From the NCBI GenBank assembly GCA_030587475.2, contig JAUQYZ020000266.1, forward strand, positions 1-33,582: a stretch of 33,582 nt of DNA, in the 5' to 3' direction. The notes beneath the pieces are model-generated. The model saw nothing but the letters and a program-made list of their open reading frames with translations, was not told the origin of the DNA and searched no databases. This stretch comes from Candidatus Sigynarchaeum calidifontis. Lineage in GTDB: Archaea > Asgardarchaeota > Lokiarchaeia > Sigyniarchaeales > Sigyniarchaeaceae. Made by a program: the position numbers and the translations under genes. Shown here in pieces: positions 9,286 through 16,955 of this stretch (positions within the stretch are counted from its first letter, which is position 1; every line of letters starts with the position of its first letter).

Positions 9286-10818
9286 TCACTCCTTTCCTTG
9301 TCCACGCTTTCCCTTGGGTGGATACTTTCCCCCGGTCCTTCCCCCGCTGCCCTGGTTGAATGACTTGTTTCCGGGACCTGTCGGCTTGTATGGTCGTGGC
9401 CCTCCACCACCCTTTCCCTTTGATGACCATTGGTGGTCGGCGCGGGCGCCGCTTTTCTTGGAGGGCAGTGAGCTTGAACTGCCTTGTCGTTGCTTGAATT
9501 TACCAGGCCTTCGATCGCGCTGCGGCTCGCCTGACCGTGGCTTTCGCTGCCACTGTTCGGTTCGGGCAGATGGGGGGCGCTCCTTCACTTGTGCCGGCTT
9601 GTCAGGATATTTTCTCTGGATTTCCGCGAGCTTGCTGCGGACATCCGCGAGAAGCTCGTCACCGATGTATCGCTTGCTGATTTGATCGACCCGCGCGGCG
9701 ATCGAGATTTTACCAGCGAGCAAACGTGCGATCTTGCCTCGCTGCCAAAATGGGGCGGACCGGACCTCTTTTGCTTGGAAAAGAATCCCATGCTTTGGTG
9801 GCTCGCTATTCGTTTTGATCGAACGAAACAGCGCTTTCTCCGCGCCGAGGACCTGGATCGTCGAGCTTGGCTTCTTTGCCAGTGCTTCGAGCCCGCCCGC
9901 GAGGCAAATCAGCCTGGCGCCGAGTATCGGGCCAACGACGGCCGATAAATTTGGACAAGTTTGTTCCATCAATGATTCGACGTAATTCTCTATTTTTATG
10001 CGTGTCTTGTATAGATCGAGCACGCTGCTGGCAAATGCTTGCACGGTCTTGATATCAAAGGGTGAGAAATCACCACCCATGGATTCCTTGGCACGCTTGA
10101 CCATGATCTCCACTGTCTTGTCTTGCACGGGGCGCAGTGCCTTTATCCGGTCAGGAGAGAATTCTTCCCGCGTGCCAATGTTCGTGATGATTTCGAGGAA
10201 AAACTCGTGATCCGCGACGAGCTGGTCGGTTAACTCGGGGAAATGGTAGCCATACCATTCGCGGATGCGTTCAGAAAATATATTCGTGCTCTTGTTGATA
10301 TCATCGATGGAATTCACGGCTTGCATGATGAGCCGGTCGTTTTGTTCCGAGACGGACTTGATCTGCAGCTTCGTGAGTTCCACGTTGACCGCGCGGTTGA
10401 ATGCATAAAACTCGCCAGCGTTCCACGCGCTCCCCACCTTCTCGAGAAACGACACGATATCTTGCCGGAAGGCGACGCCCGCCCTCGTCGATTTCGCAAG
10501 GAAGAGGCGCCCCGGGACTTTCCCGTCGAGCAGGTTATAGAGAAACTCGTCTTCTACCTCGAGGACGTCCCTGCCAGGCGCTGCCTTCATGTAATCCGCT
10601 ATCTTGACGATGATCTCATCGAGCTCGGTATGGGGTGTCGCCAATTTCAAGGCAAGCATCACGTGTGCGACCGTTTCGGCATCACGCTTCAACTCGTGGC
10701 GGACTACTACATTCCCTTGCTCGTCCGTCGCGGCGACGCCGCACGCGGTGCAAATAAGGGAGAGACCCACGTTTACCAACCATCTGCTTGTTCTGTTTCC
10801 ACTATAAAGGAATGTCAC
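9286..10818 (-). CDS. nop5: Box C/D sRNP protein Nop5 (Nop56/58) with long basic/Gly-rich C-terminal tail
   Basis: ERIREWYGYHFPEL, CPNLSAVVG..LGARLI, PSSTIQVLGAEKALF, PPKHG, RGKIARLLAGK..IAARVD. True start may be GTG 10770. Confidence 0.95.
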   Translation of the reverse strand: MTFLYSGNRTSRWLVNVGLSLICTACGVAATDEQGNVVVRHELKRDAETVAHVMLALKLATPHTELDEIIVKIADYMKAAPGRDVLEVEDEFLYNLLDGKVPGRLFLAKSTRAGVAFRQDIVSFLEKVGSAWNAGEFYAFNRAVNVELTKLQIKSVSEQNDRLIMQAVNSIDDINKSTNIFSERIREWYGYHFPELTDQLVADHEFFLEIITNIGTREEFSPDRIKALRPVQDKTVEIMVKRAKESMGGDFSPFDIKTVQAFASSVLDLYKTRIKIENYVESLMEQTCPNLSAVVGPILGARLICLAGGLEALAKKPSSTIQVLGAEKALFRSIKTNSEPPKHGILFQAKEVRSAPFWQRGKIARLLAGKISIAARVDQISKRYIGDELLADVRSKLAEIQRKYPDKPAQVKERPPSARTEQWQRKPRSGEPQRDRRPGKFKQRQGSSSSLPSKKSGARADHQWSSKGKGGGGPRPYKPTGPGNKSFNQGSGGRTGGKYPPKGKRGQGKE

Positions 10819-10849
10819 TTATATTAACTATGTTTTCGAATGGTGTATC

Positions 10850-11929
10850 ATGCCGAAAGATTGCGTGGGTATCGTCTATTCCCCAAAATACCTGGATCAC
10901 CAGACAGGCTCGCACGTGGAATCGCCGGAACGCCTCGTCGCGACCATGGATCTCATCAAGAGCGAAAAGCTGCTCGAATCGCCCAAGTTCAGGTTGATCG
11001 AGCCGAGGACAGCCACGATCGAAGAGATCAAGATGATACACGACGCGAGCATGATCGAGTACGCCCGCAAGCAGTCGCTCGAGGCGAAAGGCGGCTCTCT
11101 GAAGCTGCTCGATGGTGGCGATACCGTCGTGAGCGAGCGATCTTTCGAAGTAGCCTTGCTCGCGGCCGGCGGGGCGATAACAGCAGCCGATGCCGTCTTG
11201 AGCGGCGAGGTATCGAGCGCTTTCGCCCTGGTTAGACCGCCTGGCCACCATGCGAACGCCAGCCGTTCATCTGGCTTTTGCATCTTCAACAACATGGCCA
11301 TCCTGGCGGAGTATCTCATCAAGCAAAAAGGATTCAAGAGGGTCGGGATCTTCGACATCGACCTGCACCATGGGAACGGCACGTCGGAGATCTTCTACGA
11401 TCGCAACGACGTGCTCTTCTTTAGCAGCCATCAAGATCCCCGAACGCAATATCCCGGCACGGGCTTCGCCTCGGACATCGGTGAAGGGCCGGGCAAGGGC
11501 TACAACATCAACGCCCCCCTCGCCCCCGGCGCGGGCGATGACGTGGTCCAGCTCATCTTCTCGCAGGTCATCAAGCCAGTCTTCGAGCAATACAAGCCCC
11601 AAATCCTGCTCGGTTCGTTCGGCGGCGACGCGCATTATTCGGATCCGCTGTCCGGCTTGTCCTTCACGACGCAAGGATACGGGCATTACGTCGAGGGCTT
11701 CAAGAAGATAGCCGACAAGTGCTGCGATGGAAAGATGGTCATCCTGCTGGAAGGCGGGTATCGTGTCAAGGTGCTGGCACAGAGCATCGTGAACATCTTG
11801 AACGTGCTCGCGGGGCAAGAAATGCCATTCGTGGAAGGCGAGCACGAATCCGGGGAAAGCATCATGGATTACCATATAAACTTGGCCAAGAAGCTGCAAG
11901 AGCACTTGAAACCGTATTGGACGTTTTAA
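10850..11929 (+). CDS. Zn-dependent histone deacetylase family protein (HDAC/AcuC/AphA)
   Basis: HVESPERL, RPPGHHA, SGFCIFNN, DIDLHHGNGT, DAHYSDPL, LEGGY all intact. Confidence 0.95.
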   Translation: MPKDCVGIVYSPKYLDHQTGSHVESPERLVATMDLIKSEKLLESPKFRLIEPRTATIEEIKMIHDASMIEYARKQSLEAKGGSLKLLDGGDTVVSERSFEVALLAAGGAITAADAVLSGEVSSAFALVRPPGHHANASRSSGFCIFNNMAILAEYLIKQKGFKRVGIFDIDLHHGNGTSEIFYDRNDVLFFSSHQDPRTQYPGTGFASDIGEGPGKGYNINAPLAPGAGDDVVQLIFSQVIKPVFEQYKPQILLGSFGGDAHYSDPLSGLSFTTQGYGHYVEGFKKIADKCCDGKMVILLEGGYRVKVLAQSIVNILNVLAGQEMPFVEGEHESGESIMDYHINLAKKLQEHLKPYWTF

Positions 11930-11947
11930 CGCATTTACAACGTGCGG

Positions 11948-13336
11948 TTAGAAGAGATCGACGAGCTTGCTCAGCAGCTTGAGCACCTCCTCTCCTTTCT
12001 CCGTGAGCTTGTAGATCGTGCGGCCTTGTTCATCTTTCGACGTCACGAAACTCTTTTCCTCCATTTGCTTCAAGTGATGGTACACGCTCTGCTTGGTGCA
12101 TTGAACCTCCTTGGAAATGGACGCGTGAATCTTGTACCCGTGCAAACCCGCTTCTCCAGCGTGCTTCAATTGATCCAGGATCTTCAGCCGGAGGTTCATC
12201 TTCGTCCGGACGAACAAGTCCGAGTTGGTCACCCTGCTGATCAAGGCGTCGATGACGTTCGGCGCTTTCAAGCCGGTTCCGGTGAGGATCACGACGCGCT
12301 TCAGGCCCGATTCCCGGTTTTCTCGCTTTTTCAGCGCTGCAAACGCGGCGGCCGTGGCCGGTTCGACAAAAAGGCCTTCTACACGTGCAAGCGTGGAGAT
12401 CGCGCTCGTGATCTCGCCTTCCGTGATCTCCATCTTTTCCCCGCCCGATTCCTTGATGGCGTTTTCCATCAGGTCCCGCTGCGAATGTTTCGATTCCATC
12501 AAGGGCGAGATCCGCGGGCCTTCGGTCGAAAGGCTTGCCCCGATCATTTTCGGCACCGAAGGTATGACCCCGCTCGCGTGGAGATCATCGAATCCTTGCC
12601 ATAGCGAAAACAACGTGCCGCCATTGCCGATAGAAATGTACACCTCGTCCGGGACGACCCCGTCCGCCACGATCTCGTGCGATATCGTGGTTTGCGCCAG
12701 CATCGACAAGGGGTTGAATTCGGCGGTCGCCTGGTAACCCCCCTCCGCCAGCTGGTGCTTGAGGCAGTCGTCCATGCTATCGTTCATCGACGGATACGAA
12801 TCGAACAACAAGCCACCGTACGTCTTCACCTGCGACTTTTTTCCGATGTCGATGTTCCTGTCGCTGAAGATCCTCGCGACGAGACCTGCCCTGGCTGCAT
12901 AAGCAGAAACGGACGCGCCCATGTTCCCCGTGCTGGCACAGAACACCTCCTTGCAATGTAAAATCTTCGCATGGGTGACGAGCAACGATGCGGCTCGATC
13001 CCTGTAGGATCGTGTTGGATTCTGGGACTCGTCCTTAAAATAAACGAGGCTCCCAGACCCAGTTCGGTTCTCGGTGGACTCGACCAGCCTCGTGTTGCCC
13101 TCGCCCATGCTGACGCGTTCCTGGAAAAAAGTGGCTGGAAGCACCCGCTTCAAGCTGTCCCAGAACTGCTGCTTTTCCGCGATGCCAGTATCCCACGACG
13201 ACGTGCCCGGACCTGGCACGCGCCGGATAAAGAGGTTCTTGTCACATGTCGGGCACCTGAACAGGGCGTCCGGCGAGTCGATCCGCTCGCCAGGGAGGAC
13301 GTGGCCATCCCAGCATCGCAACTCGAGTTTCTCCAT
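11948..13336 (-). CDS. Threonine-synthase-like fold-type II PLP-domain protein lacking the Schiff-base Lys, fused to a C-terminal PadR/ArsR-like winged HTH; predicted transcription factor
   Basis: N-terminal Zn ribbon (CWDGH..CPTC), SMGEGNT, NPTRSYRDR (canonical NPTGSFKDR), ASTGNMG, IGNGGT, VEPATA, LTGTGLK; last ~83 aa LRLKILDQL..LHGYKI..TKQSVYHHLKQMEEKSFV..YKLTEKG. Confidence 0.85.
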   Translation of the reverse strand: MEKLELRCWDGHVLPGERIDSPDALFRCPTCDKNLFIRRVPGPGTSSWDTGIAEKQQFWDSLKRVLPATFFQERVSMGEGNTRLVESTENRTGSGSLVYFKDESQNPTRSYRDRAASLLVTHAKILHCKEVFCASTGNMGASVSAYAARAGLVARIFSDRNIDIGKKSQVKTYGGLLFDSYPSMNDSMDDCLKHQLAEGGYQATAEFNPLSMLAQTTISHEIVADGVVPDEVYISIGNGGTLFSLWQGFDDLHASGVIPSVPKMIGASLSTEGPRISPLMESKHSQRDLMENAIKESGGEKMEITEGEITSAISTLARVEGLFVEPATAAAFAALKKRENRESGLKRVVILTGTGLKAPNVIDALISRVTNSDLFVRTKMNLRLKILDQLKHAGEAGLHGYKIHASISKEVQCTKQSVYHHLKQMEEKSFVTSKDEQGRTIYKLTEKGEEVLKLLSKLVDLF

Positions 13337-13391
13337 CTATATCCGCCGTTGATCGTGGCAAGAGGGATTTTTCAGCCCTTGCAAACACGTT

Positions 13392-14117
13392 TTAATAGAT
13401 AAACAAGACTTGTGCCTTTTGCACGGCGTGGTACACGGGTATGGCGACGATGATGCCCACCAGCGACTGTACCACGTTCCACGGCAGGCTCGCGGCGGCC
13501 CCAGCAGCCAACAACACGAACGCGTCGTAGACAAAATACCCGCCGAACATGACCACGCCACCCGCGAGCAGCGATAGAACCATGTAATATATCGGGATCT
13601 TGCCGCGCAAGATGGACACGAAAACGACGACGATGAAAAAGGAGCCGATGACGATCCAGAGGATCGTGGCACCCGGGTCGTAATTGACCCCGATGATGAT
13701 GACCGCCGCGGCGATCAAGAAACCGCTCATGAGCACGCGCATCGTGGTCTTCCCGCTGCGCAGCTTGTCCTCGGTGATGCTCGATTTGAAGTGCTTGAAC
13801 AGTGTCCCGGCGATGAATCCCTCGACGAACTTGAGGACGAGGGTCGCGGGGATGTATTGCGGGGCCAGGATGATATCGCCGAGCATGGCGCCGATGCTTC
13901 CTGCCACCCCGGCCAACAAGGCTCCCAGGGGAACCCTGGTCCCGCGTGCAGTGATGGGGCCCAATAACAGCGCGGCAAGGTATATCACCGCCTCGCCAAG
14001 ATTGAAATAACCGGCTGGAAGCGGTGGTGCAAGAACGACCGTGGCGACCGTGGTCAAGGCCGTGAAAGTGGCGGCGAATGCGATCCACAAGGTCACCTTT
14101 TTTGGATTTTCTGGCAC
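13392..14117 (-). CDS. ECF transporter substrate-specific S component
   Basis: TALTTVAT..P..GYFNLGEAVIYLAALLLGP, GSIGAMLGDII..YIPATLVLKFVEGFIAG, SLPWNVVQSLVG; highly hydrophobic. GTG start. Confidence 0.88.
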   Translation of the reverse strand: MPENPKKVTLWIAFAATFTALTTVATVVLAPPLPAGYFNLGEAVIYLAALLLGPITARGTRVPLGALLAGVAGSIGAMLGDIILAPQYIPATLVLKFVEGFIAGTLFKHFKSSITEDKLRSGKTTMRVLMSGFLIAAAVIIIGVNYDPGATILWIVIGSFFIVVVFVSILRGKIPIYYMVLSLLAGGVVMFGGYFVYDAFVLLAAGAAASLPWNVVQSLVGIIVAIPVYHAVQKAQVLFIY

Positions 14118-14135
14118 GTCGAATCACATCGAGCA

Positions 14136-14177
14136 CTAGTCAACTCTCCGTTGACTAGTCAAAAACAAATTGACTAG
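14136..14177. promoter_or_regulatory. Two interlocked palindromic operators CTAGTCAA-N7-TTGACTAG (14136-14158 and 14155-14177)
   Basis: ctagtcaa-ctctccg-ttgactag and ctagtcaa-aaacaaa-ttgactag: identical arms and spacer length, different spacer sequence. They lie between the TATA box and the ECF start codon. Confidence 0.85.
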
Positions 14178-14181
14178 AGCC

Positions 14182-14190
14182 CTTATAAAG
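14182..14190. promoter_or_regulatory. TATA box, possibly bidirectional (ECF operon and divergent UroD-family gene)
   Basis: CTTATAAAG reads TTTATAA on the minus strand and TTATAAA on the plus strand; it is the only TATA-like element in the 105-bp divergent gap. Confidence 0.6.
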
Positions 14191-14222
14191 CTTCCCGCTG
14201 CCGGTCTGCCAAGGTACAACAC

Positions 14223-15335
14223 ATGAAAGCTCACGAGCGCATCTGGAAGGCATTGTGCCACGAGGAACCCGACCGGGTTCCCACGTTCACCCAATCCATC
14301 GAGGACCCGTTCGTCCGGCGGTTTGACGAGCAAGTCGGCATCGAAGACGAGGCGGGGCTGTTCCCCGACATGACCATGGACATGATCCTGGCCCGTCAGC
14401 TTGGTTTCGATTCCAAGTGGATCCACTTGCAAGGGGCCTCGCCGCCCGCGAGGGATTACCCGGCGGAGTTACCACCCCTGCCCGAGGACCAGTGGGCGGG
14501 CAAGTCAGGCCAGATCCACGTGCGCAGCAAGGATGGCTCGAAATCGTGGTATTATGACGGGGCACTCAAGACCCCCGAACTGGTAAAGGCATGGATCCCG
14601 TACGTGAAAGATTTCAACATACCCGATGCCAATTATTACAGGCACATCAAGAAAACGTGGGACGTGGGCTGTGCCAAGGACATCGTCCCGATCCCCACGG
14701 CCGGCGCCCCGACCATGGCCACGTGGGCATCCATCGGCATGCGCAGGTTCTCGTACATGACGCGCAAGCATCCCGAGCTCGTCCACGGGCTCATCAACGC
14801 GTGGTGCGACGTGACCATCGAGGAGCACAAGTGCATTTTCGAGGCTGGTATCCCGTACGTGTTCATCTGCGACGACCACGCGCAGAAAGAGCGGCTCATG
14901 ATGAGCCCGGCGGACTGGGAGCGGTTCGTGGAGCCTGTCTACAAGCGGCTCGCCAACAACGCCCACAAGCACGGCGCCAAGTTCCTCGTCCACACCGACG
15001 GGAACTTGAACGAGTCGTTCCCCGGCATGTACCGCGCTGGCGTCGACGCCGCGGAACCGCTCGAGTACGAGGCCGGCATGCGACTGAAACCGCTCAAGGA
15101 GAAGTTCGGCGACAAGATCACGCTGATCGGGAACGTGCCCTCGTCGGAAGCACTGTGCCTGGGCTCGGTCGAGTTCACGGTCGAGATCACGAAGCAATGC
15201 ATCAAGGACGCCGCGGCGGGTGGCGGGTTGATCCTCGCCCCGGGTGCCAACATCCTCGCCACGGCCAAGATCGAGAATGTCAAGGCGCTCATCGAGACCA
15301 ATAAAAAGTACGGGACGTATCCCATAAAAATTTAA
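14223..15335 (+). CDS. Uroporphyrinogen decarboxylase / MtaA-CmuA methyltransferase superfamily protein
   Basis: ERIWKALCHEEPDRVP, ICDDHAQK..MMSP..W, VHTDGN, PLEYEAGM..LKEKFGDKITLIGNV, GGGLILAPG. Confidence 0.85.
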   Translation: MKAHERIWKALCHEEPDRVPTFTQSIEDPFVRRFDEQVGIEDEAGLFPDMTMDMILARQLGFDSKWIHLQGASPPARDYPAELPPLPEDQWAGKSGQIHVRSKDGSKSWYYDGALKTPELVKAWIPYVKDFNIPDANYYRHIKKTWDVGCAKDIVPIPTAGAPTMATWASIGMRRFSYMTRKHPELVHGLINAWCDVTIEEHKCIFEAGIPYVFICDDHAQKERLMMSPADWERFVEPVYKRLANNAHKHGAKFLVHTDGNLNESFPGMYRAGVDAAEPLEYEAGMRLKPLKEKFGDKITLIGNVPSSEALCLGSVEFTVEITKQCIKDAAAGGGLILAPGANILATAKIENVKALIETNKKYGTYPIKI

Positions 15336-15363
15336 GATGAAATGCAAGAAATAATCGGTTTTC

Positions 15364-16509
15364 CTACACGTTCAAGGGGTATTTACCCCATTTCTTCACG
15401 GCTTCTATCATTGCCAAGCCGTTCTCGAACTTGCACGCGTCCGTGAGGTCCGTGCACGGGCTCACGATGTATCCACCGCCGTGCCCCGCATCGCGGATCA
15501 TCTGCTTGACCGCGGCTTCCACGTCGGCCGGCGTGCCGAAGGGGAGCAGCCGGGAGCAATCGACGTTGCCGATGAGCGTGAGCTTGTCGCCAAAGGTTTC
15601 CTTAAGATGCTTGAGGTCCATGCCCGCGCCGGGTTCCAGGCTCTCCACGCCGTCGAAGCCAGCTTCGATGAGGCCTGGGAACAAGGGCTCGGTGAAGCCA
15701 TCCGAATGGAAGAAGACCTTCTTGTCCTTGCTCACCTTGTGGATTTCGCCGACGATTTGCTTGTAGAGCGGGATGATGAGTTCACGGTGCGCCTTCGGGG
15801 AGATGTACGTGCTGCCCTTGTACGCTTGGTCGTCGGCCAGGCTGTAAACGTCGTAATCCAGCTTCGCCATGACCTTGGCGCTCTCGATCGCGTGTTTCGC
15901 GTAGGCCTCGTGGATCCGCTTGAGCTTTTGGGGTTTCTTGATGAGCAACCTTGAGTATAGTTCCGGCGTCATGCCCTCGAAGACGCCCTCGAACACGCCT
16001 CCGCCGGCGCCGCCCACCGGCACGAAGCGCCCGTCGCCGACGGTTTGCTTGATGTGTTCGTTCATGTTCTTGATGACGTCGTCGGAAGGAGGCTTGTATT
16101 CGATGTCGAACCAGTAGTGCTCGTACCACTCGTCGACCGCCTCCTCGGTCGTCAAGTACGGGCCGATGTACCAGCTATAGGGATGACCATTCATGGTCGT
16201 GGTCTTGTGCAAACGGCCAGTCAAGTCGATGGACACGCCCGGTTCCTTGATGGACGGCAGTGGGTATTCGTTAAGACGATTAACAGTGGGCGATGCGCCG
16301 AGTCCCGCGGCGCCCCACGACATGTCGAAGCCCATTCTCTTGTAAAGGGTAAAGTCTTTTCCCAGGAAAATCACGTCCAGATCATCCTCGTCAGCCCACG
16401 ATTTTTCCATCCGATCGTAGAACACGGGCATGATCGACTGGACAAAAATCGGCACCCGGTCGGGCTCCTCGTGATCGAACGCCGCGAGGACGCGTTCTCT
16501 GCTGTTCAT
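15364..16509 (-). CDS. Second UroD/MtaA superfamily protein, convergent paralog
   Basis: MNSRERVLAAFDHEEPDRVP, LADDQAYK..ISP, FHSDG, LEPGAGMD..LKETFGDKLTLIGNVD, GGGYIVSP. Confidence 0.87.
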   Translation of the reverse strand: MNSRERVLAAFDHEEPDRVPIFVQSIMPVFYDRMEKSWADEDDLDVIFLGKDFTLYKRMGFDMSWGAAGLGASPTVNRLNEYPLPSIKEPGVSIDLTGRLHKTTTMNGHPYSWYIGPYLTTEEAVDEWYEHYWFDIEYKPPSDDVIKNMNEHIKQTVGDGRFVPVGGAGGGVFEGVFEGMTPELYSRLLIKKPQKLKRIHEAYAKHAIESAKVMAKLDYDVYSLADDQAYKGSTYISPKAHRELIIPLYKQIVGEIHKVSKDKKVFFHSDGFTEPLFPGLIEAGFDGVESLEPGAGMDLKHLKETFGDKLTLIGNVDCSRLLPFGTPADVEAAVKQMIRDAGHGGGYIVSPCTDLTDACKFENGLAMIEAVKKWGKYPLNV

Positions 16510-16564
16510 GATGTACCCTCGATCGGTCGCAATCAATAAAAACGGCATCGAAAGAGAATTGAAT

Positions 16565-16891
16565 ATGCCTCAAGCAAAATTCATCGTGGTCGTGAGCACG
16601 GTACCGAACGAGGACGTCGGGAAAAAAATCGCGTCCACCTTGCTTGCAAAAAAACTCGTCCCGTGCGTGAACATCATACCGAACGTGCGTTCGATCTATA
16701 CATGGAAGGGAGAAGTCCACGACGAGCCCGAGCTTGTCATGATCATGAAGACGCGCGCCTCGCTGTTCGAGAGCCTGCGGGACGAGATCAAGGCCAACCA
16801 CCCGTACGAGGTGCCCGAGATCATCGCCGTGCCGGTTCTCAACGGGTACCCGCCCTACCTGGACTGGATCCGGGAAAACACGATCGACTAG
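16565..16891 (+). CDS. cutA: Divalent-cation tolerance protein CutA
   Basis: LVPCVNII..SIYTWKG..E..MIMKT, HPYEVPEII, YLDWI. Confidence 0.95.
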   Translation: MPQAKFIVVVSTVPNEDVGKKIASTLLAKKLVPCVNIIPNVRSIYTWKGEVHDEPELVMIMKTRASLFESLRDEIKANHPYEVPEIIAVPVLNGYPPYLDWIRENTID

Positions 16892-16955
16892 GATGAGCAT
16901 GGTGTTCCGACGCCGAATGCACACGTGCCATGAGCAAGTCTCCCCATGACCTACC

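Noticed and set aside
11942-12604. Antisense and alternate-frame ORFs overlapping well-supported genes (this one and many others in the track)
   Set aside because: Shadow ORFs produced by GC-rich codon usage on the opposite strand.
13358-13382. Imperfect hairpin GCAAGAGGG..CCCTTGC between the ECF and regulator genes
   Set aside because: Short, bulged stem; insufficient support for a terminator or regulatory RNA.
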